Below are positions 38,266-48,371 of a stretch of 64,000 nt of DNA, piece by piece; position 1 is the stretch's first letter, and every line of letters begins with the position of its first letter. This DNA is from an uncultured Sediminibacterium sp. Its GTDB lineage: Bacteria > Bacteroidota > Bacteroidia > Chitinophagales > Chitinophagaceae. The DNA is taken from the NCBI GenBank assembly GCA_964637225.1, contig CAZWTV010000001.1:953-64952 (forward strand). The letters are read 5' to 3'. The notes beneath the pieces are model-generated. The model ran no database searches, had not been told where the DNA came from, and saw nothing but the letters and a program-made list of their open reading frames with translations. The position numbers and the translations under genes are program-made.

Positions 38266-38497
38266 GAGAGATTATTTGTCATCTTCGACTCCATTCTTTC
38301 CATTATTTGATTATCTTCGTCTTGGAACCTTTGACGCATTATGAATAATCTAAATACGTCATCCTAAAGTATTAGTATCAATGAGCTTGCTGTAGGTGAC
38401 TATCAATGATTTATAAATAATATAGGCTTAATGTTTTAACCTCATTAACAACGAAAAAGGGGAGTATGAATTATTTACAAACAACAAGATTTAAACA

Positions 38498-40063
38498 ATG
38501 GACCAAACCATATTATTCGTCATCATCGGAGGTGCTTCCTTACTGGGAGGCTTACTCATAGGCAAAATTGTATTTGCCCGCAATACCAAAAAACAAGTTG
38601 AAGAAGCGGAAGCTAAAGCTGCTACTATTTTAAAAGAAACCGAACTAAGGGCGGAGACTATAAAAAAGGAAAAGCAGTTGGAAGCTAAGGAACATTTTGT
38701 TCAATTAAAGTCGGAGTATGATCGTGAGCTTTTAGAAAGAAATAAAAAAATGGGTGAGGCTGAAAATAGAATTAAGCAAAAAGAAATTTCTATTAATCAA
38801 AAAGAAGCAGCCTTGGATAAGCAAGTGAAAGATAACGATACAATTAAAGAGAAATTGAATCGTGAGATTGACTTGATTAATGTAAAACGTTCAGAATTCG
38901 AAAAGCACCAAGAAGAACATATTCGTCGTTTAGAAAAAATAGCCAACTTAAGTGCAGAAGAAGCCAAGCAACAATTAATTGAGAGTTTAAAACATGAAGC
39001 ACAATCACAGGCCCTTGCTTTACAACAAGACATTATTGAAGATGCAAAGCAAAAAGCAAATAAAGAAGCTAGAAAAATTATCATACAATCAATTCAAAGA
39101 ACTGCTGCTGAGGTAGCCATTGAAAATACTGTTACTGTATTTAATTTGGATTCCGATGAAATGAAAGGACAAATAATTGGCAGAGAAGGACGTAATATTC
39201 GTGCTATTGAAGCAGCTACAGGGGTCGATTTAATTGTAGATGATACACCTGAAGCTATATTACTTTCTTCTTTTGACCCACTTCGTCGTGAGATTGCTCG
39301 TTTAAGTTTACAACGTTTGGTAGCCGATGGTCGTATTCATCCCGCACGTATAGAAGAAGTAGTTGAAAAAACACGTCGTCAATTAGAAGATCAAATTGCT
39401 GAAATTGGTGAAAGAACTGTTATTGAATTAGGCATACATGGACTTCATAAAGAATTAATTAGAATTATTGGAAAAATGAGATTTCGTTCTTCCTATGGTC
39501 AAAATTTATTGATGCATTCTCGTGAGACTGCTAATTTATGTGGTATTATGGCCGCGGAATTAGGTTTAAATCCAAAATTGGCTAAAAGAGCAGGTCTATT
39601 GCATGATATAGGAAAGGTGCCAGATGAAGAAACTGAGTTAAGTCATGCTTTATTAGGAGCCAAATTAGCGGAAAAATATGGTGAAAATCCGGCAGTAGTG
39701 AATGCAATTGGTGCGCACCACGATGAAATGGAAATGCAATATGTAATTTCTCCCATTATTCAAGCTTGTGATGCTATCAGCGGTGCAAGACCAGGTGCAA
39801 GAAGGGAAATTATGCAACAATATATACAGAGAATCAAAGATTTAGAGAATTTGGCCATGAACTACCAGGGGGTGGAGAAAGCCTACGCCATTCAAGCAGG
39901 TCGTGAATTGAGAGTCATTGTGGAGGCTGAAAAAGTGACCGATGCCAGCTCTGATCAATTGAGCTTTGAAATAGCACAAAAAATACAAACTGAGATGACT
40001 TATCCTGGTCAAATTAAAGTTACAGTTATTAGAGAGAAAAGGGCTGTAAATATAGCTAGATAG
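38498..40063 (+). CDS. rny: Ribonuclease Y
   Basis: 521 aa; N-terminal TM helix, long coiled coil, KH domain ([15 protein letters not shown]), HD domain (LLHDIGK). Confidence 0.95.
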   Translation: MDQTILFVIIGGASLLGGLLIGKIVFARNTKKQVEEAEAKAATILKETELRAETIKKEKQLEAKEHFVQLKSEYDRELLERNKKMGEAENRIKQKEISINQKEAALDKQVKDNDTIKEKLNREIDLINVKRSEFEKHQEEHIRRLEKIANLSAEEAKQQLIESLKHEAQSQALALQQDIIEDAKQKANKEARKIIIQSIQRTAAEVAIENTVTVFNLDSDEMKGQIIGREGRNIRAIEAATGVDLIVDDTPEAILLSSFDPLRREIARLSLQRLVADGRIHPARIEEVVEKTRRQLEDQIAEIGERTVIELGIHGLHKELIRIIGKMRFRSSYGQNLLMHSRETANLCGIMAAELGLNPKLAKRAGLLHDIGKVPDEETELSHALLGAKLAEKYGENPAVVNAIGAHHDEMEMQYVISPIIQACDAISGARPGARREIMQQYIQRIKDLENLAMNYQGVEKAYAIQAGRELRVIVEAEKVTDASSDQLSFEIAQKIQTEMTYPGQIKVTVIREKRAVNIAR

Positions 40064-40113
40064 GGCCCATTTAATTTTGAATCAAATAATTTGGAATATA
40101 AGTTGGGTTCTAC

Positions 40114-40121
40114 TACCTTTG
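40114..40121 (+). promoter_or_regulatory. -7 promoter box (TACCTTTG) for rplS
   Basis: Exact TAnnTTTG 22 nt before ATG 40144; a TTG at 40091-40093 sits at a -33-like distance. Confidence 0.5.
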
Positions 40122-40143
40122 CCCTCCGCAAAAACTATGTATT

Positions 40144-40494
40144 ATGAGCGAAGCAGTTAAATTTATACACGAGCAATTGACGCCAAAAAAGGACTATCCA
40201 GCCTTCAAAGCGGGTGATAATATTACCGTTAACTACAAAATTGTTGAGGGTGGTAAAGAGCGTATCCAAAGCTTTCGCGGAGATGTAGTTAAAACTCAAG
40301 GAACAGGCGCTACTGCCTCTTTTACCGTACGTAAAATATCTGATGGTGTGGGCGTAGAAAGACTCTTCCCATTTTTATCTCCAAATATTGATGGAATTTC
40401 ATTGAATAAGTCTGGTAAAGTAAGACGTTCTAAACTTTACTACTTACGTGAAAGAAGCGGTAAAAGTGCCCGTATTAAAGAAAAAAGATTCTAA
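40144..40494 (+). CDS. rplS: 50S ribosomal protein L19
   Basis: 116 aa; FKAGDNITVNYKIVEGGKERIQSFRGDVV is canonical L19. Confidence 0.95.
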   Translation: MSEAVKFIHEQLTPKKDYPAFKAGDNITVNYKIVEGGKERIQSFRGDVVKTQGTGATASFTVRKISDGVGVERLFPFLSPNIDGISLNKSGKVRRSKLYYLRERSGKSARIKEKRF

Positions 40495-40519
40495 TATACA
40501 ATTAGTTCATCCTATTGAA

Positions 40520-40553
40520 TCCCGTCCCTTTTATAAAGTGACGGGATTTTTTT
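40520..40553 (+). terminator. Intrinsic terminator after rplS
   Basis: TCCCGTC / GACGGGA stem, 13-nt loop, T7 tract. Confidence 0.85.
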
Positions 40554-40615
40554 ATATCAAATTCTGTTTTATTATTTTATAATTACCTTACCTTTAAACT
40601 TCTAAATTTAAGATT

Positions 40616-40792
40616 ATGGGCAACTTAGGATTTCAAGAATTATTAATTATTGGTGTAGTGATACTAGTAATGTTTGGAGGTCGTAAAATACCTGAATTCA
40701 TGCGTGGATTAGGTAAAGGTATTCGTGAATTTAACGATGCCAAAAACAACGTAAAAAAGGAAATTGAAGAAGGTATTAAAGAAAAAGATTAA
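40616..40792 (+). CDS. tatA: Sec-independent (Tat) translocase subunit TatA/E
   Basis: Not in the ORF track (58 aa). Hand translation MGNLGFQELLIIGVVILVMFGGRKIPEFMRGLGKGIREFNDAKNNVKKEIEEGIKEKD shows a TM helix, FGxxKxP hinge and amphipathic helix. Confidence 0.85.
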   Translation: MGNLGFQELLIIGVVILVMFGGRKIPEFMRGLGKGIREFNDAKNNVKKEIEEGIKEKD

Positions 40793-40882
40793 ACCCTTTC
40801 TTTAGTTTTTCATTAATGCTGCGTTTGCTTTCTATTAAAAACGCATCATCACACTTTTGTTTATTCATTAATCTATTCTCCT

Positions 40883-42319
40883 TTGTTTAGGTTTACTTCC
40901 ATTAAAGACTACCATTCTGCTTTGGTAGCAGGTAGAACTACTTGTGTTCAAGTAGTTAAACATTACTTGGAGCAAATTTCCACATATCAACATTTAAATG
41001 CTTATTTAGAAATTTTTGATCAAGAAGCTCTGGATCTTGCTGCCAATTTAGATACTAAAAGAAAGCAAGGCGATAGCTTGGGAAAATTACATGGAGTAGT
41101 TATTGGAATTAAAGATGTTTTATCTTACAAAGGACATACATTGAGTGCCTCTTCAAAAATTTTAGAAAATTATACAGCTGTTTATACTGCTACTGCTATT
41201 CAAAAATTGTTAAATGAAGGTGCTATTATCATTGGCCGTCAGAATTGTGATGAATTTGCCATGGGAAGTAGTAATGAAAATTCTGCTTTCGGTCCTGTAA
41301 AAAATGCAGCCAACATACAACATGTATCTGGAGGATCTTCTGGTGGTTCTGCAGTTGCGGTGCAAGCAGGTTTATCCATGATAAGTATTGGGTCTGATAC
41401 AGGTGGATCCGTAAGACAACCCGCCGATTTTTGTGGTGTAGTAGGTTTAAAACCAAGTTATGGAAGAATATCTCGCTATGGATTAATTGCCTATGCTTCT
41501 TCTTTTGATCAAATTGGTATTTTTTCTAAAACAATTGAAGATGCGGCTTTAGTTTTAGAAGTGATGGCAGGTAAAGATGATTTTGATAGTACGGTTTCTT
41601 CAAATATAGTTCCTTTGTATAGCGAAGAGGTTCAAAAGCCTTCGAGGGTTAAAAAGATAGCCTACTTTAAAGAAACACTTTTTCATCCTAGTTTGGATGT
41701 GGAGATAAAAAAGAAGATAGAACAATATTTAAATGAATTAGTAACAAAAGGTTATGTAGTTGAAGCCATTGATTTTTCTTTACTTTCTTATTTAGTACCT
41801 ACTTATTATGTTTTAACTACTGCAGAAGCTTCTAGTAATTTATCTAGATACGATGGTATCAAATTTGGGCATAGAACTCATGAGAGTGTCAATGACTTAA
41901 CAGATTTATATAAGAAAACAAGAACAGAGGGTTTTGGTGAAGAAGTTCAAAGAAGAATCTTGTTAGGCAGTTTTGTATTAAGTGCTGGATATTTTGATGC
42001 TTATTTTACAAAGGCACAACAAGTAAGAAAAAAATTAGTTGAACTAACAAGTAGTGTATTTTCTAAATATGATCTTATAGTATCTCCCACCGTACCCTCC
42101 ACTGCATTTAAATTAGGTGAGAAAAATCATAGTGCCACTGAAATGTTTTTGGCAGATATATATACAGTGTATGCCAATTTGGTAGGCATACCTGCTATAT
42201 CTATTCCTTTATTCAAACACAGTAATGGAATGCCATTTGGCTTACAAGTAATGAGTGCTAGTTTTAATGAAGTGGCTTTATTAAGTTTTGCAAAAGAGCA
42301 ATTAAGTGCCAAGAACTAA
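40883..42319 (+). CDS. gatA: Glutamyl-tRNA(Gln) amidotransferase subunit A
   Basis: 478 aa; amidase signature GGSSGGSAVAV..GSDTGGSVRQP; TTG start (no in-frame ATG between the upstream stop at 40814 and the conserved N-terminus). Confidence 0.9.
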   Translation: MFRFTSIKDYHSALVAGRTTCVQVVKHYLEQISTYQHLNAYLEIFDQEALDLAANLDTKRKQGDSLGKLHGVVIGIKDVLSYKGHTLSASSKILENYTAVYTATAIQKLLNEGAIIIGRQNCDEFAMGSSNENSAFGPVKNAANIQHVSGGSSGGSAVAVQAGLSMISIGSDTGGSVRQPADFCGVVGLKPSYGRISRYGLIAYASSFDQIGIFSKTIEDAALVLEVMAGKDDFDSTVSSNIVPLYSEEVQKPSRVKKIAYFKETLFHPSLDVEIKKKIEQYLNELVTKGYVVEAIDFSLLSYLVPTYYVLTTAEASSNLSRYDGIKFGHRTHESVNDLTDLYKKTRTEGFGEEVQRRILLGSFVLSAGYFDAYFTKAQQVRKKLVELTSSVFSKYDLIVSPTVPSTAFKLGEKNHSATEMFLADIYTVYANLVGIPAISIPLFKHSNGMPFGLQVMSASFNEVALLSFAKEQLSAKN

Positions 42320-42648
42320 AAATCGTCTTCTAGTTCATCCTTGTCGTCAAAAAGGTCGTCGTCTATATCTTTGAAATCTTCATTTAAATTAAAATCGTCA
42401 TCGTCGTCTTGAGGCTTGAATTTACCAGGTTTTTTATTTGATTTTTTAGGCATATCAAACTCTTCAAAATCTGCATCCCAGCTAGAGTCGTCTTCTACTT
42501 TTTCCCAATCATCTATGGGTTCGTCATCTTCCTCTAATTCATCCTCATCTACATTTTTTTTCTTTGAAGTAGATTTAGTTTCCTTCTGTGCTTTGGCTAC
42601 TGTGTTTTTTGTAGTAGCTTTTTTTTCTTTGATATTTTTTAATGCCAT
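42316..42648 (-). CDS. Bipolar low-complexity protein (basic N-terminus, hyper-acidic D/E/F/W-rich C-terminus)
   Basis: 110 aa ORF with ATG start; strong compositional bias; no recognisable domain; coding status not certain. Confidence 0.45.
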   Translation of the reverse strand: MALKNIKEKKATTKNTVAKAQKETKSTSKKKNVDEDELEEDDEPIDDWEKVEDDSSWDADFEEFDMPKKSNKKPGKFKPQDDDDDFNLNEDFKDIDDDLFDDKDELEDDF

Positions 42649-42769
42649 ATTTTACCTTAGAAATTAACTATGTAAAATTTCAACTCAAAATTGTATTTAC
42701 CAAAAAAAATTGCCCTTTTTTTAAAAAAAATAATGAACTCAATTCTAACTTATACATGCTCCAATTCTT

Positions 42770-44032
42770 TTAGACATGAACAATTTGATCTCTTCCTGGT
42801 CCATTGGAAACATATTTAATGGGAACTCCTAAGTAAGTATTTATAAATTCTATATAAGTTTTCATTGTTGCAGGTAATTCATTGGCAAGTTTCATTTTGC
42901 TTGTATCAACATTCCAGCCTTGCATTTTTTTCCAAACAGCTAAGACAGGGGTGCCCACTAATTGAAAAGGGACATAGTCTATCTGTTTGCCTTCCATTTC
43001 ATAAGCGATACCTAATTCTAATTCTTTAAAAGTATCAAGAATATCTGCTTTGGTCATAATAATTTGTGTTACACCATTAATCATGCAAGTATATTTGAGT
43101 GCCACTAAATCAATCCATCCACATCTTCTAGGACGGCCAGTGGTGGCGCCAAACTCACTTCCTAATTTTCTCAATTCTTCACCTGTTTCATTATGTAATT
43201 CAGTAGGGAAGGGGCCGCTTCCTACTCGAGTACAATAAGCTTTTGTAATGCCCAAAACTTCATGGATGTGTTTAGGAGCAATACCTAGTCCGGTACATAC
43301 ACCTGCAGAGATAGTATTGGATGAGGTTACAAATGGAAATGTTCCAAAATCAATATCTAACATAGAGCCTTGTGCACCTTCAGCTAATACTTTTTTACCT
43401 TTCGATATTTGATCATTTATAAAATACTCACAATTAATAATATTCATAGTTTTTAGAAACTCTATGGCTTCAAAAAACTCATTTTCCATCTCACTAATAT
43501 CCTCATTGAAATTGAAACTATCTAAAATTTTCTGATGTTTCATTCTCAATGTGATATACTTACTTATGAAATTCTTATTTAATAAATCTCCCACTCTTAA
43601 AGCATTGCGACCTGTTTTATCCATATAAGCAGGTCCAATACCTTTTAAAGTGGAACCAATTTTACTTTCTCCTTTAGCTAGTTCAGAAGCTTTGTCTAAA
43701 GCGCGGTGTGTAGGTACTATAATATTGGTTCTTTCAGAAATAAATAAGTTCTTTTTTACATCTACACCCATTTTTGCAACTGCTTCGCATTCTTTTTTTA
43801 ATGTTACAGGATCTAATACAACACCATTTCCAATAATATTAATTTTATCCTGATGAAATATACCAGAGGGTATTTGATGTAAAACTATTTTGGTGTCGTT
43901 CAAATATAAAGTATGACCCGCATTAGGGCCACCTTGAAAACGGGCTATGATATCATAGTGAGGTGCGAAATAATCTACAATTTTTCCTTTTCCTTCATCG
44001 CCCCATTGGAGGCCTAAAATTACATCTACCAT
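42770..44032 (-). CDS. purA: Adenylosuccinate synthetase
   Basis: Start moved to MVDVILGLQWGDEGKGK (P-loop at N-terminus); GGPNAGHT, GTTGRPRRCGW motifs. Confidence 0.95.
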   Translation of the reverse strand: MVDVILGLQWGDEGKGKIVDYFAPHYDIIARFQGGPNAGHTLYLNDTKIVLHQIPSGIFHQDKINIIGNGVVLDPVTLKKECEAVAKMGVDVKKNLFISERTNIIVPTHRALDKASELAKGESKIGSTLKGIGPAYMDKTGRNALRVGDLLNKNFISKYITLRMKHQKILDSFNFNEDISEMENEFFEAIEFLKTMNIINCEYFINDQISKGKKVLAEGAQGSMLDIDFGTFPFVTSSNTISAGVCTGLGIAPKHIHEVLGITKAYCTRVGSGPFPTELHNETGEELRKLGSEFGATTGRPRRCGWIDLVALKYTCMINGVTQIIMTKADILDTFKELELGIAYEMEGKQIDYVPFQLVGTPVLAVWKKMQGWNVDTSKMKLANELPATMKTYIEFINTYLGVPIKYVSNGPGRDQIVHV

Positions 44033-44050
44033 GTATGAGCGTTTGAGAAG

Positions 44051-44058
44051 CAAAAATA
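44051..44058 (-). promoter_or_regulatory. -7 promoter box (TATTTTTG) for purA
   Basis: Exact TAnnTTTG on minus strand, 18 nt upstream of ATG 44032; the track's TTG start is the TTG of this box. Confidence 0.5.
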
Positions 44059-44109
44059 AGTCTTGGAAGGTTTATTACCTATTTAAAGCTAAAATAATTA
44101 GATTAAATT

Positions 44110-46368
44110 TTACACAGTTTCTGTGTCGAATCGCATTACTTGTTGAATACCACTTAAGGACTTAATGCGATGCACTAGTTCTTCTAATTCGTCTTTATCA
44201 TGTACATACACTTTGATAGTGCCTCTGAATAAACCTTCTGTTGATTCAATGGTAATAGCAGCTATGTTAATTTTCAATTCACCGCTTATAATATTGGTTA
44301 TTTTATTAACAACACCCACATCATCTAGTCCAATGATACTAAGGCCTGTTAGGAAGGATATTTCTTTATTTTTGGCCCACTTAGTTTTTACAACCCTATG
44401 TCCATAATTGGCAAGCAGCTGAGTGGCGTTAGGACAGTTATTTCTATGAATAATGAGTCCTTTCGCAGTACTTACAAAACCGAATACGTCGTCACCGGGG
44501 ATAGGGTTACAGCATTTTCCTAAGGTATATTTAATTTTATCGCTGGACTCTCCAAAAATGATTAATTCGGCCTCTTTTTTGGAAACAGTTTTAGAAGAAG
44601 AATTTTCGGCATTAATTTCTGTAATATTATTTATTTGTTTCGGGGCTTCAATTTTATCACCTACAATTTGGAATAATTTTAATTCTTTTAAGTCAATGGC
44701 TTTTGTGGCAATTTTGTATAAAAGATCTATTTGACTAGAAAGTTTATAATAAAACATTATTTGATCAATATTATAGGGATTATATACAGCTCCTATAGCT
44801 TCCAGTTTTCTTTGTAAAATATATTTGCCATCCTCTGCAATAATTTTTTTCTCTTCTCTTAAAGCATCTTTAATACTATTTTTTGCTTTAGCAGTTACCA
44901 CACTGCTTAGCCAATCTTCAGATGGTTTTTGTTTATTGCTAGTAATAATTTCAATTTGATCCCCACTTCTTAATTTATGACTAATGGGCACGAGTTTATG
45001 ATTCACTTTAGCCCCAATGCATTTGGATCCAATGGCTGTGTGTATATAGTAAGCAAAATCCAATGCCGAACTATTGATTGGAAGCATTTTAACATCTCCT
45101 TTGGGTGTATACACATAAATTTCTTCTGCTAAAAAAGAGGTTTTAAAATCCTGTAAAAAATCAATTCCTTCGTCTTGTTGATTCACAAGTGCTTCTCTAA
45201 TTTGTACAAACCATTGATCGAATCTATCTTCACTTTGTGCCTCTTCTTTATACTTAAAATGTGCAGCTAGACCTTTTTCAGCTATCTCATTCATTCTCTT
45301 GGTTCTAATTTGTACTTCCACCCATTTTCCATGAGGTCCCATTACAGTAGTGTGAAGGGCTTCATAGCCGTTGCTCTTAGGATTACTTAACCAGTCTCTT
45401 AATCTCTCTGGAGAAGGGCTATATTCATCAGTAATCATTGAATACACTTTCCAGCAATCTTCTTTTTCTCTCTCCAAAGGAGCATTCAAAATAACACGAA
45501 TGGCAAAAAGATCATACACTTCTTCAAAGCTTATTTCTTTCTTCTTTATTTTATTCCAAATAGAGTGTATGCTTTTGGGACGACCTTGAATTTCAAAATC
45601 AAATGCAGCAGCCGTTAATTTTTCTTTAAGTGGGCGTATAAATTCATTAATATATCTAGTTCTTTCTCTTTTGGTTTCTGCTAATTTTTTTGCGATTTCT
45701 TTGTAAATGGCAGGTTCCATGTATTTCATGGACAAGTCTTCCAACTCCGTTTTTAAATTGTATAAACCCATACGATGGGCCAAAGGAGCATATACCCAAA
45801 CAGTTTCAGAAGCAATCTTTAATTGCTTCTCTTGTTTCATGGCATCCAGGGTTCGCATGTTATGTAATCTGTCTGCTAGTTTAATTAAAATAACCCTTGG
45901 GTCATCGGTAAGTGTTAGAAGAATTTTTTTAAAATTTTCTGCTTGTTGACTGCTATTGGTATCTATTACTGTAGAAATTTTAGTTAAGCCATCTACAATT
46001 TTAGCAATCTCGTTTCCAAACTCATTTTTAATATCATCTAAAACAATATCAGTATCCTCCACAGTGTCATGTAATAATGCGCAAATGGTACTTCTTACTC
46101 CAAGACCTATTTCTTCCACACATATCATAGCAACTGCCAATGGGTGTAATACATAAGGCTCCCCACTTTTTCTACGCATGGTTTTATGCGCATCTACTGC
46201 CATTTCAAATGCTGTTCTTAATAATTCTTTATCACCCTTTTTTAACTTAGTTCTGAGGGCACGTAATAAAGCTCGATAATGACGAACAATTTCTTTTTTT
46301 TCTTGTTCTTCATCTATATTGTAATGGGAAACAATATCAGCTTTCTTAGCAATTGGTAGGGCTTCCAT
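44110..46368 (-). CDS. Bifunctional (p)ppGpp synthetase/hydrolase, RelA/SpoT homolog
   Basis: Start moved to MEALPIAKK; HD hydrolase (HPLAVA..LLHDTVEDT), synthetase domain, TGS and ACT-like C-terminal regions. Confidence 0.92.
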   Translation of the reverse strand: MEALPIAKKADIVSHYNIDEEQEKKEIVRHYRALLRALRTKLKKGDKELLRTAFEMAVDAHKTMRRKSGEPYVLHPLAVAMICVEEIGLGVRSTICALLHDTVEDTDIVLDDIKNEFGNEIAKIVDGLTKISTVIDTNSSQQAENFKKILLTLTDDPRVILIKLADRLHNMRTLDAMKQEKQLKIASETVWVYAPLAHRMGLYNLKTELEDLSMKYMEPAIYKEIAKKLAETKRERTRYINEFIRPLKEKLTAAAFDFEIQGRPKSIHSIWNKIKKKEISFEEVYDLFAIRVILNAPLEREKEDCWKVYSMITDEYSPSPERLRDWLSNPKSNGYEALHTTVMGPHGKWVEVQIRTKRMNEIAEKGLAAHFKYKEEAQSEDRFDQWFVQIREALVNQQDEGIDFLQDFKTSFLAEEIYVYTPKGDVKMLPINSSALDFAYYIHTAIGSKCIGAKVNHKLVPISHKLRSGDQIEIITSNKQKPSEDWLSSVVTAKAKNSIKDALREEKKIIAEDGKYILQRKLEAIGAVYNPYNIDQIMFYYKLSSQIDLLYKIATKAIDLKELKLFQIVGDKIEAPKQINNITEINAENSSSKTVSKKEAELIIFGESSDKIKYTLGKCCNPIPGDDVFGFVSTAKGLIIHRNNCPNATQLLANYGHRVVKTKWAKNKEISFLTGLSIIGLDDVGVVNKITNIISGELKINIAAITIESTEGLFRGTIKVYVHDKDELEELVHRIKSLSGIQQVMRFDTETV

Positions 46369-46426
46369 GTTAATTACGAAATTACGTAAAAGCACTAGGA
46401 TTTTTACAAAGAACAACTAGATAGTG

Positions 46427-46434
46427 TAACTTTG
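46427..46434 (+). promoter_or_regulatory. -7 promoter box (TAACTTTG) for ABC exporter gene
   Basis: Exact TAnnTTTG 7 nt before ATG 46442. Confidence 0.5.
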
Positions 46435-46441
46435 AAGCTCT

Positions 46442-48256
46442 ATGCCAAATAAAGAACCCAAAAAAATATTTCAGCTCTCACTTTTAAGGCGTGTTTTTTC
46501 CTTTGTTCGCCCCTACCAAATGGTGTTCTTGGTATCTGTATTTTTGTCCATACTGTTGGCTTTCACCACGCCTATTAGACCCTATTTAATTCAAGCTACG
46601 GTGAATGTAGCAGTAGGTAAACATGTGAGTCTGCCCCACTGGCTACATTGGTTTTTATCCGCCAATGCCTTTGATTCGGTCTTACATCTAATTTTATCTA
46701 TTACATTATTTCAGATTGCTTTTATTCTCTTTGAAACCATCATGCGCTTTTTTTTCACTTTTGGCATGGCATGGTTAGGGCAACAAGTCATAAGAGATTT
46801 ACGTAACAAAGTCTATGATAAAATTATGCATTGGGAGATGCGTCAATTTGATAAGACACCTATTGGAACTTTAACTACAAGAACTATTAATGATATTGAA
46901 AGTATCAATGATATTTTTTCCGACGGCTTAATACCTATACTAGCAGACCTGCTTACTATTATTGTTACACTAACAACCATGTTTGTAATTGATTGGAAAC
47001 TGACTTTTATTTGTTTAATACCTTTTCCCATTATGGTTATTGCCACCTATTTTTTTAAGGAGAGTGTCAATAAAAGTTTTATTCAAGTAAGAAATGCAGT
47101 GGCTGCTTTAAATGCATTTGTGCAAGAACACATATCTGGAATGCAAGTGGTTCAAACTTTTGCTGCAGAAGAAAAAGAAATGTCGAAGTTTACAAAAATT
47201 AATGCAGGTCATAAAGCTGCCAATATCAAAGCTATTTTTGCCTATTCAGTTTTTTTTCCTGTGGTGGAAGTGGTGTTGGCCTTAAGCATGGGTTTAATAG
47301 TTTGGTGGGTGGCAGATAGATCATTGGATGCAGGCTTGTTAGTGGCATTTATTTTGTTTTTGAATCAAATTTTTAGACCTCTAAGAATGATTGCAGATAA
47401 ATTCAATGTCTTGCAAATGGGAATGGTAGCTGCAGAGCGAGTATTTAAAGTTTTAGACAACGAAGATGTTACAATTAATGAAGGCACTCTTCATCCAGAA
47501 AAAATTCAAGGAAAAATAGAGTTTAAAAATGTTTCCTTTGCTTATAATGAGCCTAATTATGTTTTAAAGAATATCAACTTTCGAGTAGAAGCAGGAGAAA
47601 CCATTGCATTAGTGGGCCATACAGGATCAGGAAAAACCTCAATTATTAGTATTCTGAATCGTTTATATCCCTATCAATCAGGAAATATTTTACTAGATGA
47701 CCAACCCATAGAGTCTTATTCACTTCATTGTTTGCGCGCATCTGTGGGTGTGGTATTACAAGATGTTTTTTTATTTTCAGGATCGGTGTATGATAATATT
47801 ACATTGCGCAATGCAAGTATTTCAAAAGAGCAAGTATATGAAGCTGCAACAATGATAGGTATGCACCATTTTATCATGCAACTTCCAGGGGGGTATGATT
47901 ATCAAGTAATGGAAAGGGGTGCTACATTAAGTTTGGGCCAAAGACAATTATTAAGTTTTATTAGAGCTCTTTTATACAATCCCTCTATTTTAATTTTAGA
48001 TGAAGCCACTTCCTCTATCGACACTGAAAGTGAACAGTTAATTGAAAAGGCCATAGATACGCTTATCAAAGGGCGCACTTCCATTGTAATAGCGCATCGT
48101 CTTTCAACCATAAGAAAAGCATCTACCATTCTAGTTTTAGATAAAGGTGAAATCAAAGAAATGGGCAGCCATAATGAGCTTTTAGCTCTAGGCGGATTTT
48201 ATGCCAAATTGAGCGAGATGCAATTTGATTTACAGAAAAAAAAGTTAAGTGTATAA
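46442..48256 (+). CDS. ABC exporter, fused permease/ATPase (MsbA/MdlA-like half transporter)
   Basis: 604 aa; 6-TM domain; Walker A GHTGSGKTS, signature LSLGQRQL, Walker B ILILDEATS. Confidence 0.88.
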   Translation: MPNKEPKKIFQLSLLRRVFSFVRPYQMVFLVSVFLSILLAFTTPIRPYLIQATVNVAVGKHVSLPHWLHWFLSANAFDSVLHLILSITLFQIAFILFETIMRFFFTFGMAWLGQQVIRDLRNKVYDKIMHWEMRQFDKTPIGTLTTRTINDIESINDIFSDGLIPILADLLTIIVTLTTMFVIDWKLTFICLIPFPIMVIATYFFKESVNKSFIQVRNAVAALNAFVQEHISGMQVVQTFAAEEKEMSKFTKINAGHKAANIKAIFAYSVFFPVVEVVLALSMGLIVWWVADRSLDAGLLVAFILFLNQIFRPLRMIADKFNVLQMGMVAAERVFKVLDNEDVTINEGTLHPEKIQGKIEFKNVSFAYNEPNYVLKNINFRVEAGETIALVGHTGSGKTSIISILNRLYPYQSGNILLDDQPIESYSLHCLRASVGVVLQDVFLFSGSVYDNITLRNASISKEQVYEAATMIGMHHFIMQLPGGYDYQVMERGATLSLGQRQLLSFIRALLYNPSILILDEATSSIDTESEQLIEKAIDTLIKGRTSIVIAHRLSTIRKASTILVLDKGEIKEMGSHNELLALGGFYAKLSEMQFDLQKKKLSV

Positions 48257-48349
48257 ATAATTGAAAAATAGCTAGTTACAAAGATTTTATTTTTCTAGTT
48301 TCAAGTATAATTTCTCTTGAAATTTATACAAATTCAAACGCTTATTTCC

Positions 48350-48357
48350 TATCTTTG
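48350..48357 (+). promoter_or_regulatory. -7 promoter box (TATCTTTG, extended TTTGCAG) for atp operon
   Basis: Exact TAnnTTTG 14 nt before ATG 48372. Confidence 0.5.
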
Positions 48358-48371
48358 CAGCAAATTTTAAA

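Noticed and set aside
38466-38561. 31-codon ORF ([31 protein letters not shown]) preceded by an SD-like AAAAAGGGGAG and overlapping the rny start out of frame
   Set aside because: Too short and compositionally unremarkable to support as a gene. It is mentioned only as part of the zapA-rny spacer observation.
40820-40845. Hairpin TGCGTTT..AAACGCA between tatA and gatA
   Set aside because: It is not followed by a T-tract, so it cannot be called a terminator, and gatA may be co-transcribed with tatA.
42701-42730. A8-TTGCCC-T7-A8 tract downstream of purA
   Set aside because: It could form only an all-A:T stem. It is too weak to call a terminator and probably reflects AT-rich spacer composition.
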